A DNA stretch of 64,000 nt from Candidatus Krumholzibacteriia bacterium (GCA_963836185.1 CAWIIQ010000001.1:1888001-1952000), one strand, 5' to 3'; numbered from the stretch's first letter, positions 1-11,512 are shown. Made by a program: numbers and translations. The notes: generated by a model not told the origin, from the sequence alone.

Positions 1-303
1 CATCTGGGGCTCGAATGGAGGCCGGCTGCCGGCATATCCCTGAGAACCGGATACTATCTGGCTGATAGAGCGGTGGACCGGATATATCCAGTCGTTCCAT
101 TCGGTTCACCATCGGGCACCGATTACTATGAATATGAGAAATACAACAACTTTGCTTTCGGAGCGGGATTCCTCTATCACGGGGTCACATTTGATATAGG
201 CGTGAAAATCGATGACAGGAGTTCGAAAATGGAGGAGTCGGAGACCAGCGAACTGCAGGACAATACAGCGATGGGCTCCGCCTCGATATCTTACAGCTTC
301 TGA
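1..303 (+). CDS. C-terminal part of an outer-membrane beta-barrel protein (FadL/OmpP1-like), truncated by the window edge
   Basis: Frame is open from base 1 (HLGLEWRPAAGISLRTGYY...). Amphipathic beta-strand pattern, ends ASISYSF* with the terminal Phe typical of outer-membrane proteins. Confidence 0.6.
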   Translation, partial: HLGLEWRPAAGISLRTGYYLADRAVDRIYPVVPFGSPSGTDYYEYEKYNNFAFGAGFLYHGVTFDIGVKIDDRSSKMEESETSELQDNTAMGSASISYSF

Positions 304-1361
304 TCCCTGATGATACCCCCGCCGATTACGATATCTCCACGGTAGAGCACGACCGACTGACCCGGTGTCACCGATTTCTGTGGTTCGTCGAACCGGACCT
401 CGAGGTTATCCCCTGTCAGGCTGAACTCGCACGGCTCCGGGCCGTGGGCATACCTTATCTTCGCCTCCGCCCTGCCGCCCGTCTCTCCTGGAAGGAAATT
501 GACGGGGTCCGCGACAAGGTTGTCCGAGTAGAGGCGTTCCTCTTCCCCGACAACGATCCTGTTCGTTTCCGGTTCGATCGATATCACGTAGAGAGGATTC
601 GGGGCGCTGATGCCGAGTCCGCGCCGCTGGCCGATCGTGTAGTTGAAGATCCCGTCATGCCTGCCGAGGATGTCGCCGCCGACTGAGACAATATCACCGG
701 GGACAGGCTCTATCCCCCTGCTCCTGAAGAAGGCGGCCCCGCCTCCTTCGGGCCAGAAACAGACGTCCTGGCTCTCCGGTTTCTCCGATACCTTGAGCCC
801 GGCCTTTGCCGCGATCCTCCTGACCTCCTCCTTCGTCAGGTCCCCGAGCGGAAAGACCACCTTCCCGAGTCTCGCGCGTTCTACGGAGTAGAGAAAATAA
901 GTCTGGTCCTTTGTCCTGTCTTTCGGCCTCGCCAGCGCCGGCACCCCGCCCTCATCGGTTATCTTCGCGTAGTGGCCGGTGGCGAGCAGGTCCATCCCGG
1001 AAGCGCCGAGGCTGTCAACAAGCGCCCTGAACTTGATATGCTCGTTGCAGAGGATACAGGGGTTGGGGGTCCTTCCCGCGAGATATTCATCGACAAAGGG
1101 ACCTATTACGCGTTTTTCCATCTCGCCGCTCATCGAGAGGACATGATGCTCGATCCCGAGTTCCCTGCAGACTTTTCTCGCGTCTGTAATATCCTCGGGG
1201 CTGCAGCACTTCTTCCCGCCTCCCGCCGGTTCGGCTGCGATACACATCGTAATACCGGAGACATCATACCCGCCCCGTTTAAGCAGGATAGCGGCGACCG
1301 AAGAATCTACTCCCCCGCTCATCGCGACAAGCACCTTATCTGTATCAGGGTGATCCATCAC
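291..1361 (-). CDS. mnmA: tRNA-specific 2-thiouridylase MnmA
   Basis: PP-loop AMSGGVDSS, GRTPNPCILCN, ATGHYA, KDQTYFL, ESQDVCF, YTIGQRRGLG, VTPGQ. Confidence 0.97.
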   Translation of the reverse strand: MMDHPDTDKVLVAMSGGVDSSVAAILLKRGGYDVSGITMCIAAEPAGGGKKCCSPEDITDARKVCRELGIEHHVLSMSGEMEKRVIGPFVDEYLAGRTPNPCILCNEHIKFRALVDSLGASGMDLLATGHYAKITDEGGVPALARPKDRTKDQTYFLYSVERARLGKVVFPLGDLTKEEVRRIAAKAGLKVSEKPESQDVCFWPEGGGAAFFRSRGIEPVPGDIVSVGGDILGRHDGIFNYTIGQRRGLGISAPNPLYVISIEPETNRIVVGEEERLYSDNLVADPVNFLPGETGGRAEAKIRYAHGPEPCEFSLTGDNLEVRFDEPQKSVTPGQSVVLYRGDIVIGGGIIRDQKL

Positions 1362-1415
1362 AAGACAGGTTAGTACATGTTGAGGTGCCTGTTCCAGTCA
1401 TTTGAATATAATACT

Positions 1416-1442
1416 GGCCGGCGGCCCTGAGGGCCGCCGGCC
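1416..1442. terminator. Perfect 12-bp GC hairpin; probable terminator of the 1453-2262 gene
   Basis: GGCCGGCGGCCC-TGA-GGGCCGCCGGCC, 10 nt beyond the stop codon. The U-tail is weak. Confidence 0.6.
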
Positions 1443-1452
1443 TTCTCTCGAG

Positions 1453-2262
1453 TCAGTCAAGGAAGACGACGTTCCGTGAGCTCCTCTCATCGTTGAGGAG
1501 CACCTCGTGCCAGCTGTCGAGATGTATCGTCCTGTGGTCCGGGTGCCGCACATATCCGCAGGCGAAGACGCGCGCGTTCATCCTCATCGGCTGGGCACGG
1601 CGCCTGTGTACGGCTGCAAGGAACTGGTAGTGCCTCTGCTTAAACACCTTTCTACCGAGGATGTAGACAGTCTCTCCCCCCTCGCGCACCAGCATCTCGC
1701 ATACGTGAGCTTTGCTCCCGGCGTTTCGCTGTATCGGTTCGTCCCTGTGGATAACGGACTCGTCGAACTCCTTATCCACCGGGATAAAGAACCATTCTCC
1801 CTGCCTTCTGAAGATATCGTTCTTCCTGCTCTTGAGATCCGCGGTCCTGATCGACCGGGATACACCCTGCATGGTGGGCGGGAGAAGGGCCCGCCATGCG
1901 TCGCGCACAGTGCTGACCGGTTTCCTGATCTCGGTGACGAACCAGTGCCTCTCGTCGTGACCGCAGAGAAACCTGCGCCCTCGTGATGTCATCATGAGAA
2001 GATGCCTCTGCTTCGGCAGGGACTGAAGGACACGGAACCCGATATCCCGGCCTTTTCTTATCCGGATATCGAAGTACTCGCCCTTTTTATCGTCCGAGAT
2101 ATCGATCGTGAACGCGGGAAGACGACGCTCCCTTTGACGGCGGAACCTTTCCTGACGCAGCGTCTTCGGTTCGCTCCTCAGCCGTTCGGGAAGTTCCACC
2201 TCCCCGAACCTGACGCGGCCGCCCATCGACTCGAAATGTTTCGAGAGGGAATCCAGCCTCAT
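1453..2262 (-). CDS. Conserved-looking Arg/Lys-rich hypothetical protein with His-containing motifs
   Basis: 269 aa, strong RBS GGAGGTGA. Motifs FLCGHDERHWFV, RRQGEWFFIP, GSKAH, GYVRHPDH, WHEV; ends VVFLD. Confidence 0.8.
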   Translation of the reverse strand: MRLDSLSKHFESMGGRVRFGEVELPERLRSEPKTLRQERFRRQRERRLPAFTIDISDDKKGEYFDIRIRKGRDIGFRVLQSLPKQRHLLMMTSRGRRFLCGHDERHWFVTEIRKPVSTVRDAWRALLPPTMQGVSRSIRTADLKSRKNDIFRRQGEWFFIPVDKEFDESVIHRDEPIQRNAGSKAHVCEMLVREGGETVYILGRKVFKQRHYQFLAAVHRRRAQPMRMNARVFACGYVRHPDHRTIHLDSWHEVLLNDERSSRNVVFLD

Positions 2263-2280
2263 GGCTCACCTCCATTTCAT

Positions 2281-2441
2281 GGCCCGCGGTACGGCTTACC
2301 TCAGGGGTATGGTGCGGCAGGTGCCGCCCCGCGGGCCGTCAGCGTCCGGCGTATGCCCGCCGCACTAGGCTACCGGACGCAATACGCCTGTGAATCATGA
2401 ATGACCTGTTACGCGGTCAAAGCCGCGTCATTCATAATTCA
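2281..2441 (-). ncRNA. Candidate structured 5' leader RNA (three consecutive stem-loops)
   Basis: Stems 2281-2289/2329-2337 (enclosing two inner hairpins), 2342-2349/2373-2380, and 2391-2405/2427-2441 (15 bp; one position pairs as G-U only on the minus strand). No match to a family I recognise. Confidence 0.45.
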
Positions 2442-2485
2442 ATACTAAAATATTTAATGGAGGTGCTAAGGCTGGTCACGGACAT
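2432..2485 (-). CDS. Putative 17-aa leader peptide MSVTSLSTSIKYFSIEL
   Basis: GGGAG RBS 7 nt before ATG. The stop codon lies inside the 5' arm of the first leader stem. Confidence 0.3.
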   Translation of the reverse strand: MSVTSLSTSIKYFSIEL

Positions 2486-2521
2486 GGCGAGTCTCCCGTG
2501 ATAAAGAATTGGTTACCCTTG

Positions 2522-2543
2522 TTCCTGTCACCCCTGACAGGAA
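2522..2543. promoter_or_regulatory. Palindromic operator-like site
   Basis: TTCCTGTCA-CCCC-TGACAGGAA, a perfect 9-bp inverted repeat. A direct repeat AATATTTTCGC lies at 2542-2552 and 2577-2587. Confidence 0.4.
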
Positions 2544-2596
2544 TATTTTCGCAGAACGCTTCCTGAAGGGTCAAGAAATATTTTCGCCGGACGTTT

Positions 2597-4795
2597 TCAT
2601 TCCTGCCCGAATTCCTCGAGATAAACACGGATGAACTCGGCGAGCGACCATGCCTGGCTTGCCGCCCCGCCGAACTCCTCTTTGCCCGGAATGAAGCGGC
2701 CGTCCCTTATCTCGCGAAGGGAACCCGTACACCCCTCGTCGAGGATCTCTTCGATCATCGGGGCGAAGAGCTCTCGGGCAGCCTGCTCTTCTCCGGCCGC
2801 GACCATGCATGAGATCGCCGGGCCGGCGAGCCATACCCAGACGTCTCCGTTGTGATAGGCAGCGTCATAGTAGTAGCTGTCCAGATCGAGATGCAGCGTT
2901 TTGAAATCGGGATCGTCAGGATCGAGAGAAGTGACGCCATGCGGCAGGATCACGGTCTCCATCGCCGTCGAGACTATCTCCCTGAACTGTACCCAGGTGA
3001 CGAGCCCGGCATACTCAGGTGTCTCGCCGAGCCGGAAGGAGTCCATGAGGCCGAGCATCCTGAGGGTATCGAGATAGACCCACAGGGCCAGCAGGGCGTT
3101 GGGCCTGACCTGGGTGTCCGCTGAACCGTCCGTGTTGAGATGATCGTGGAGATATTTGCGCTCCTCCCACCAGTAACTGCTCCTGAACGACTGCGCGAGC
3201 ATCCCTGCGTGTGCCATCCACGTTTCAGCGCTGCTGCCGGTATCCACGCCCACTTCCGATACCGCTTCGGCCCACATCGAACCGACGAGCAGCCCGTGAT
3301 GGAAAAGTACCTGCAGTTCTACCGCCCTGTCGCCGCGGGGCGAGAAGGGATTGTGCTCCCCGCCTGCGTCCATCCAGGTCTCGCCATCGCCATGCGTGAG
3401 AAATCCACGGTGATCGACCGCCTTCTCGAGGGCGCCGTCGATGGCAAGCCTGATCCTCGGCCATGCCTCGAGGAGGAATTCCCTGTCACTCGTTGCCAGG
3501 TAGTACTTCCACGCGGCACGCACGAACCACCATGTGCCGTCTACCCCGGCGTACTGGAGATTGTCCGGATTGACGATGTTGGGCATCCTGCCCAGCCTGT
3601 CACTGCCGGAATCTGTCTGCTGGTATTCCATAAACGAGGTAAGGATCTCTCTTGCCGTCTCGAACTCGCCTGTAGCGAGGCAGGCTCCCGGAAGGCAGAT
3701 GAAAGAATCTCTTCCCCAGTAGTTGGGGAACCAGTGGAACCCCGCGTAGATGCCCCTTCCTCGCTGGTCCATGATGAGGTTGTCCATCGAGGCGCGCGCC
3801 CAGCAGTAAGCCTTGAAGTCCCTTGTCGGAGGATGTGGATCCGGACGCCTGAATCCTTCCGCATCCTGTTTCGAGAATTTCGGCGGATCGTTCTCCCGGT
3901 CGATCAGCTGGAGCTTATCAGCGATCCTCCCGTATTTCGCCGCCTTGAGTTCGAGCCTGTGCTCGAGGATCCTCTCCGCCTGCTCGACCGCGTCGTTCTC
4001 TGTAACACCGAGCCCGAAGGCAAATACGACCTCCCCGACCGATCCCGCATGAGGGGTGAAGGTGAGCCTGCCCGGCGAGAATGGCGAGGTCCTCCCCATC
4101 GCCTTTCGAGCCATGTCTGTCGGATAAGTCCTGTCCTCGAACCTCTCTTCCGGCTCGAACTCCATCTCCGTGTCGCTCTTGATCGCTATCCAGCGGGGCC
4201 TGCCCGGCTCGAACGGGTCGTCCGAGCGTGATATGAGCAGGACATTGTTCTTCTTCTCCCAGAAGATCCTGTAATCAGGCTTCGGGACATCCCAGATATA
4301 GCGCATATCGACCCAGGGAACGAGGGTGCAGGAGTCGCCGAGCATCCCCGCGTACCTTACGGCAAGGCCGTTCTCACCGTCGGGGAGCATTATCTCCTCG
4401 ATGACCTGGTTCAGCTCATACCACCTGTATAACGTTTGCGGATATGCCCTTGTGAGCTTCACCTCATCTGGATTCAAATGCGATTGCCCGTTATGGAAGT
4501 CCCACGAGTCGAGATATTCATGCATCGCGCAGTAGAGCCCGTGATAGCTGCGCCTGTTCCGTGAATTAGTCTCGCAGCTGAAGTGGGTCGCGACCTTGTT
4601 GGTCGTGATATATTCTCTCGAGTGGCCGCCGGCGACCCTTATCTCCCAGGTCTCGCGGAGATCGAACGGTTCCTCTACGAGCGTCTCTCCAGTGACATCC
4701 TCTTCCATCTCTTTAGAGCTCCATGTCTGTGTGCCGGAGCACCCTGTGATCAATACCAGCGCGGTCAAAACAGCGATCGTGTATCTCGTGTTCAT
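2597..4795 (-). CDS. Amylo-alpha-1,6-glucosidase (glycogen debranching enzyme family) with lipoprotein signal
   Basis: [54 protein letters not shown]-terminal hydrophobic stretch with lipobox LITGC. Confidence 0.88.
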   Translation of the reverse strand: MNTRYTIAVLTALVLITGCSGTQTWSSKEMEEDVTGETLVEEPFDLRETWEIRVAGGHSREYITTNKVATHFSCETNSRNRRSYHGLYCAMHEYLDSWDFHNGQSHLNPDEVKLTRAYPQTLYRWYELNQVIEEIMLPDGENGLAVRYAGMLGDSCTLVPWVDMRYIWDVPKPDYRIFWEKKNNVLLISRSDDPFEPGRPRWIAIKSDTEMEFEPEERFEDRTYPTDMARKAMGRTSPFSPGRLTFTPHAGSVGEVVFAFGLGVTENDAVEQAERILEHRLELKAAKYGRIADKLQLIDRENDPPKFSKQDAEGFRRPDPHPPTRDFKAYCWARASMDNLIMDQRGRGIYAGFHWFPNYWGRDSFICLPGACLATGEFETAREILTSFMEYQQTDSGSDRLGRMPNIVNPDNLQYAGVDGTWWFVRAAWKYYLATSDREFLLEAWPRIRLAIDGALEKAVDHRGFLTHGDGETWMDAGGEHNPFSPRGDRAVELQVLFHHGLLVGSMWAEAVSEVGVDTGSSAETWMAHAGMLAQSFRSSYWWEERKYLHDHLNTDGSADTQVRPNALLALWVYLDTLRMLGLMDSFRLGETPEYAGLVTWVQFREIVSTAMETVILPHGVTSLDPDDPDFKTLHLDLDSYYYDAAYHNGDVWVWLAGPAISCMVAAGEEQAARELFAPMIEEILDEGCTGSLREIRDGRFIPGKEEFGGAASQAWSLAEFIRVYLEEFGQE

Positions 4796-4909
4796 CCTTA
4801 CCCCCTTGTCACGGGCATCTTACCCGATAGAGACCGGAGCGGCAACCATTCCTATCCACTTGACTCCCCCGGCGGCGCCGTTGTAAAGTCCCCGGGAAAG
4901 GAAATCTCC

Positions 4910-6008
4910 ATGGCAAAGGTAGAATTCAGGGACGTAGACAAGATATATCCGGGCGACGTAAGGGCCGCCTCAGATATCAACCTCACCGTCGAGGACAAGG
5001 AGCTTCTCGTCCTGGTCGGCCCCTCAGGATGCGGCAAATCGACTGTACTGAGAATGGTAGCCGGCCTCGAGGAAGCGACAAACGGGCATATCTACTTCGA
5101 TGATACAGATGTTACCGACCTTCCTCCCAAGGACCGGGACATCGCGATGGTCTTCCAGAACTACGCCCTTTACCCTCATATGAACGTCTTCGACAACATG
5201 GCCTTCGGCCTCAAGCTCCGCAAGTACCCGAAGCAGGAGATCGAAGAGCGCGTCCGGGAGGCCGCGAAGATACTCGGGATAGACCAGCTCCTCGAGCGCA
5301 AGCCGAAGGCCCTGTCAGGCGGGCAGCGCCAGAGAGTCGCCCTTGGAAGGGCGCTCGTCCGAAAACCGAGCGTCTTCCTCTTCGACGAACCGCTCTCGAA
5401 CCTCGACGCGAAGATGCGCGTCCAGATGCGCACCGAGATCCGCAAACTCAATCTCGATATTCAGACGACGATGATATACGTCACCCACGACCAGGTAGAG
5501 GCGATGACCCTCGGCGACAGGCTCGCCGTAATGGACGTGGGAACGATCCAGCAGGTCGGCACCCCTATCGACCTCTACAACAGGCCGGTGAACAGGTTTG
5601 TCGGTTCGTTCATCGGATCGCCCGCGATGAATTTCGTAGAGGGAGAGGTCAAGGGCGGGGATACCCCGGTATTCGAGACGACGTTCACATCCCTGCCCGT
5701 ACCGGAGAGATTCAGGCCGGCCCTCGGGCAGCGTGAAGCTGACACTCGGCATCCGGCCCGAGGACCTCTACATCTCCGTACCTGACGAGGACCAGGGCAG
5801 CTTCCACCAGATAGATGCTGTGATAGATGTCTCCGAGACACTCGGCAACGAGATGATATTCCACGTCGACGCCGGCGGACAGAGGCTCGTCGTCAGGGAA
5901 GATCCCGACGTCAGAGCTTCCCACGGGGACAAGGTCAGGCTCAGCATCGACCTCGACAACATCCATTTCTTCGACGGCGAGTCGGGAGCTTCCCTGCTAG
6001 CAGGCTGA
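4910..6008 (+). CDS. malK: Sugar ABC transporter ATP-binding subunit (MalK/UgpC family); one frameshift near 5728
   Basis: [38 protein letters not shown]. The C-terminal part (LGIRPED...HFFD) continues in ORF 5733-6008. Confidence 0.88.
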
Positions 6009-6016
6009 GTACAGGA

Positions 6017-7871
6017 TCACTCCTCCCCAAACCTCAAGATCGATGTCCTGCCACCGACGATGAGTTCATTATCTGAATCACCCAGGATGCAGTGCAGAAT
6101 ATCAAACGGAATAGATATCTCATGCCACTCATTACCGTCAAAGTGCAGAATGCGATCGTACTGACCTGCGATGTACAGATCTGTATCAGAATCGCCCCAG
6201 ATCGCGACCAGATTTCCCGAATTGTCAGAATAGAACTCGCTCCAGCCAGTGCCGTCATAATGGATGACCGTTCCTATATCCTGATACCCGCCGACTGCGT
6301 AGACATCAGATCCTGACCTGCCCCAGATATCGAAAAGCGCATGATCCACAGGAGAGGTCATTTCTTCCCATCCGCTGCCGTTGTAATACTGAATAAGAGT
6401 CCCAGAATTATGAGATCCACCTACCGCGAAGATATGTTCAGCCGAGCTTCCCCATATCGCGTTGAGATCGTCATCGACTGCCAGCTCTTCCTCCCAGGTC
6501 GAACCATCGAAATGCACGATCCAGCCTGGCCCCACTCCATAGACATCAGATCCGGAACTTCCCCAAAGATCCAGTATTCTGGTCGTTCCGGGATAGTCCA
6601 TCATGCCCCATCCCGTGCCATTATAGTGGTAGACCCTTCGGCTCCAGTTGGTGGAAGCGAATATATCGCTGCCGGAACTCCCCCATATCGACATGAATTC
6701 ACCAGTCAGTTCAGGCGTAGCCATCCTGCTCCATTCGACTCCGTCGAAACTGATGATCTTGTTATTATTCACTCCGTACAATTCGTTCATGGAAGTACCC
6801 CAGACATCGGTGAGTCCGCACAATGCCCCCTCTGCCTCCACCTGGCTGGTTCCTTCTTCCGAGACCAGGATCGTCCCTTCACTGCCGACCGATATGAATT
6901 GTCCATCAGGCCCACCGCTGACCGAGTTCAGATCATTCGTCGTCCCTGTCGTGACAACACGCCACAGGATTCCATCGAAATGCAGAACCGTGCCCTCTTG
7001 CCCTGAAACATAGACATTATCGGCCGATGTCCCATGCACCCCCGTGAATGTTGGATATCCACACTGAACGTCGGTCAGCACACTCCACTCGTTTCCGTCA
7101 AAATGAAGGATCGTCCCCCTCCACAGTGGATTCAGCCATGGATCCTCATCATCCATGCAGTTAACCCGTCCCACGGCGTAGATGTCATTCGGAGATGATC
7201 CCCATATCCCGGTGAATCTCTCTACATAAATGTCAAATTCATCCACGTGCCAGGTCTCACCGTCGAACCTGGCAATGATGCCAGTGGGAATCGTGTCGGG
7301 AAATGTCATTATATCTTTTCCCGCAACATACAGATCCGCACCATCCGCAGTCCAGATATCATTGATTTCCCAATCCTCCATGCTCTCTAACGGTGTCCAT
7401 TCAACTCCATCATAGTGCATGAGCAATGGCCCATCCGCGGCATAGACATCTGAGCCTGACCTTCCCCAGACAGCAGTGAAATAGCCATTTCCGCTCGACA
7501 GGCGCATAGGCGCCCAGGAAGTGCCGTCATAATGCGAGATCCCTTCGTGATTACCCGCCCAGCTCGTTCCAGGATTCTCCAACAACAAAGACATCAGTCT
7601 CAGAACTGCCCCAGACACTGTTGATCGATGAGAATACCTTGTTAGCCATCGGATTCCATTGGCCGTCCTTGTACCTGAATATCATTCCATATTCGCCAAC
7701 GGCATAGGCTACGCCGTTGTCTGCTCTCCAAACGTCGAACAGGTCGGATGAAGTACATTCCATGTACCAGGTGCCGGTCTCCTGCGGCGTATCATCTTCC
7801 GGTAATACCGGATCAGTACCGCAGGAGAAAAAAATGGAAGTAAAGATGACAGCGAGAACGGAAAGAACCAT
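6017..7871 (-). CDS. Lipoprotein with ~14 'WG.S..D.ya.G...i.HyDG..W' beta-propeller repeats; frameshift near 7555
   Basis: Lipobox IFFSC in ORF 7551-7871 joins ORF 6017-7618. Recurring ~42-aa units. Exact start uncertain. Confidence 0.75.
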
Positions 7872-8223
7872 CGAACGCAGTGTGGATCTGCAGACATTAT
7901 GCCACCTGCCTTCTCAAAAATCCTTACCGGGTCATCAGGTGAGTTGTCTCTATATTTAAAAGTTACATCTTGATAAGCTATACATCAAGAATATTCTAGA
8001 ACATACGCCAAAAATAACCCGAAGCACCTAAGACTCCAGTAATATGCAGATTACAAGACTATTTACAGACAGTGAATACAATTAGAGGGTGATCCTGAAT
8101 GATAAAAATAGCTGATTAAAATCGAATGTCTCGTTCTGCCTCGTTTGCTTTTTATTGGAACTGTCGGGAAGAAATGGGTAGAATCTACCGCATGTAGCCT
8201 GCCCGTATTGTCAAAGGAGCGGC

Positions 8224-9782
8224 ATGAACGAACAGACTTACAAAATGAGACGAAGCCATATCTCCCTGTACGTCATCGTCTCGATGAGCGGCGCCGCGGT
8301 GCTGGCGTTAGAGCTTCTCGGCACGAGGGTACTCGGACCATTCTACGGGGTGAGTCTCTATCTCTGGTCCGCCCTTATCTCCGTGACACTTGCCGCTCTC
8401 AGCGCGGGGTACGCCGTGGGCGGACGGATAGCGGACCGCAGGGGAACGATGAAAGGACTCGCATTCATACTCGCGGCGGCAGGTGTCTGGATCTGCCTCA
8501 TCCCGCTGATAAGGCATCCCGTCATACTTCTTCTCGAGCCACTAGGCCTGAGGATCACTGTGCTGCTGGCCGCGATGATCCTGTTCTTCCCTCCCCTGAT
8601 GCTTCTCGGGATGGTCAGCCCCTGGGCGGTGAAGCTGAGGACCGCCTCCCTTTCAGAGGTCGGACGTTCCGCCGGCAACCTCTACGCGATATCGACTATC
8701 GCCAGCGTAGCGGCGGCCCTGCTCACGGGATTTGTGCTTATACCGGGATTCCCTGTATCGAGGCTGATACTGGGGATAGGCGCCTTCCTTCTCCTGGCGT
8801 CCCTGATCGCCGTTCTCAGTGACAGGTCGAGGACGGCTGTATCCACGGCCGTTCCCCTCGTGCTCTTTATAGCCGCAGCGGCTGGCACGATGACATTACC
8901 GGCGCTGCCTGCCGCGACAGGAAACGCCACCATCCTGGCGAGCGGACAGAGTCCGTATGCTGAGATAAGCGTCGTCGAATACAGGGAAGCGAAGTTCCTC
9001 CTGATAGACGGCTCAAATCATACCTTCACTGATGCCGGTTCGGGAGACAACCTCTTCCCATACGTGAATGTCCTCGATATCCCCAGATTCATGTTCAAAG
9101 GGGCGCGGGCAGGCCCTTCTGATCGGACTCGGCGGAGGATCGGTCGCAAAGAGACTGTCCCTGTTCCAGTGGGAAGTCGACGCAGTCGAGATAGACCCTC
9201 TTGTCATCAGGTATGCCAGGGAACACTTCGGACTCAGGCCGGACGATGCGGTGATACACGAGATGGACGGCCGCAATTTCCTGATAAGCACCGACGGACA
9301 TGTGGGACATGATAATCCTCGACGCCTTCGGAAGCGGAGCGGTGCCGTTCCACCTTATCACCGAGGAGATGATGGAACTCGTCTCCCGACGGCTGCGTCC
9401 AGGAGGAATCGTCGCGGTGAACGTCCTCACTGTAGGATGGAAGAGCGATATCGTCCTCTCGACCGCCGCCACCCTCGAGACCGTCTTCGACGAGATAGTG
9501 GTCCTTCCGATACCCGAGCCGCCCAACACACTCGGCAACGTGATCATACTCGCCGCCCACCGCCCCCTCGAACTGCGCACCGAGCTCGACCGCCCCTACT
9601 CGAGGTTCAGCGAGGAGTACGACATGAACCACGCGTGGGAAAACCGCTTCAGGCCCGACACGGAGAACGCACTCATATTCACAGACGACAGGAATCCCGT
9701 GGACCTCTGGGGAGAAAGAATCAATGTCGTCGACCGCAGGCACATCCGCGACTATTTCAGGGATGCCGGCTTCAGCTGGTAG
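8224..9782 (+). CDS. Fused MFS-like membrane domain / spermidine synthase; frameshifts near 9102 and 9298
   Basis: TM region SGAAVLALELLGTR...GNLYAISTIAS, then QSPY, LLIGLGGG, VEIDPLV, MDGRNFL, IILDAF, PFHLIT, FTDDRNPVD. Confidence 0.85.
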
Positions 9783-9798
9783 GAATACTACCACTCAA

Positions 9799-9836
9799 TA
9801 AAAAGCCCGCCCGGCTACTGTGGCGCCGGACGGGCT
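9799..9836 (-). terminator. Intrinsic terminator between converging genes
   Basis: AGCCCGCCCGGC...GCCGGACGGGCT stem preceded by AAAAA on + (U-tail on -). Confidence 0.55.
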
Positions 9837-9874
9837 GTATTGGCGGTATTTATCGTCTCACGAATACATCTACT

Positions 9875-10981
9875 CTAGTTCCCAACCATGTAGAGGCCAA
9901 AGTAATCGAGGACGTTGTCGATCGGGTTGGCGATACCCGTCTGCGTGCTGCCCGCGAAAAGCAGGCCGACAGCATGAGGATTGGTCGCAACGTCTTCGAC
10001 CAGCAACGAACCGGAGTCGCCACCGAGGAGGAACTTTCTCCCCGAAATGACGATCTGACCCGTGAAGTACTCGGTAGTCGCCTCGCCGCCGCACTCTGTC
10101 GATCCGCCGACATTGAATGCGCCGTTGATCGCGCTTACCGTTCCACGAGTGAGACCCGAGGTCCGCCCGCTCTTCTTCACGGCAAGGCCGACATAGGCAT
10201 CCATCGTCGTGCCCGAGATCGGTCCGATCTCGTAGATGGTGCCGGTCGGATCGACCGTTCCGGGAATTACCTCGGCGATAGCGCAGTCGATGTTGAGGTT
10301 ATCCTCACACCACTCTGTCAGGTTCGCGACGTAGTCAGCCGGGATGTCCTGGCAATTGACGTCGATCAGACCGGGCTGGTTTATAGCCTGTCCTACCTCT
10401 GCGACATCGGGATCGTTCACGCTAGCGTCCTGATCGCCCGCAAATACGTGCTTGTTGCTCAGGATGTACTGCGTGCCGCCGCCGTCACGGAGCAGGCCTC
10501 CGAGTGTGCCGCTGCAGCAGTAAGGCGCAGCGTAGTCTTTGCTGTTACCACCGGAGACACCCATCGGAATCGGCCGGGGATAACGGGCAGTATGCCCTGT
10601 CGTGGAGGATCCGCCGCCCCTGAGCATTCTGATCTTACCAGAGACGACCTTTACGACCTCGACACCCTCAATAGAGGCTGGGACCCTGGTACCGTGCATC
10701 TCTGACTCGAGATAGACCATTATGGCGGGGCTTCCGTTGCGATCAAGACCCGTCGCGGTACCAACAACACCGGTCATCGAAAGCAGATCAGATGTGTGGC
10801 GATTCTGAACTGCCATGACGTCCATGACTCTGGGATCCGTCCTGCTGAGCAGGACCTGTCCCTGATCTACTGGAGCATTGATGTTCTCGCCCGTCTCGGA
10901 ACAACCGAAGACAAGAGACAGGGCGACGATCATCAGAACCGCAGATACCCACCGAGCCGGAACGTGTGGGAAGTGGTTCAT
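9875..10981 (-). CDS. Trypsin-fold (Nal1-like S1) serine protease lipoprotein
   Basis: RBS CAGGAGG before ATG 10981; lipobox LVFGC; GTLG, LSNKHV (His), IDCAIA (Asp), GDSGS (Ser), VGLLFAG. Confidence 0.85.
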   Translation of the reverse strand: MNHFPHVPARWVSAVLMIVALSLVFGCSETGENINAPVDQGQVLLSRTDPRVMDVMAVQNRHTSDLLSMTGVVGTATGLDRNGSPAIMVYLESEMHGTRVPASIEGVEVVKVVSGKIRMLRGGGSSTTGHTARYPRPIPMGVSGGNSKDYAAPYCCSGTLGGLLRDGGGTQYILSNKHVFAGDQDASVNDPDVAEVGQAINQPGLIDVNCQDIPADYVANLTEWCEDNLNIDCAIAEVIPGTVDPTGTIYEIGPISGTTMDAYVGLAVKKSGRTSGLTRGTVSAINGAFNVGGSTECGGEATTEYFTGQIVISGRKFLLGGDSGSLLVEDVATNPHAVGLLFAGSTQTGIANPIDNVLDYFGLYMVGN

Positions 10982-11512
10982 CAAACCCTCCTGTGGAAAG
11001 GGGTTGAGGAGTGTGGTGAATTGATTAGATAGTATAACCAGATTCTGACATTCCCTGTCAACTATAATATTCACAGCGCATTACATAGTATATTAGTATG
11101 TTATTACATGACCTATTAACACTGTTTTTCAGTATGTATTACTTGCGCAACTGTAACCTGGATCGATTCTTTCTACTATCATTTCTTATCTTATGCTGAT
11201 CGCGGTAAATATTCCCGTACCCGTGAAGGACGGATCCCGTAATCTAATGATTACCATCCATGTCAAATACAGAGATCGGCGCCCCTCCCCGCGGCTCCAA
11301 CCGCTATAAATCTATTTTCATACACGATTTCGTCAACGAGATGTGTACACTTTGCGTTACTGCGTATACGTAAACTATTCTTTACATCTAATTTATATTT
11401 TTATTCTTGCCGGCATTGACGGATTCTGATACCATGCTGGCGCATTTGACTGGGGGAAGATCGATAGCGGCAACGGACGGTGTAACCTGACCATATTATC
11501 GGGGGTGGGGTA

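Noticed and set aside
2281-2441. tRNA, hammerhead ribozyme or known riboswitch in the structured leader
   Set aside because: No TTCG T-loop/CCA, no CTGATGA-GAAA core, and no conserved aptamer sequence I can recognise. Kept only as an unknown structured RNA candidate.
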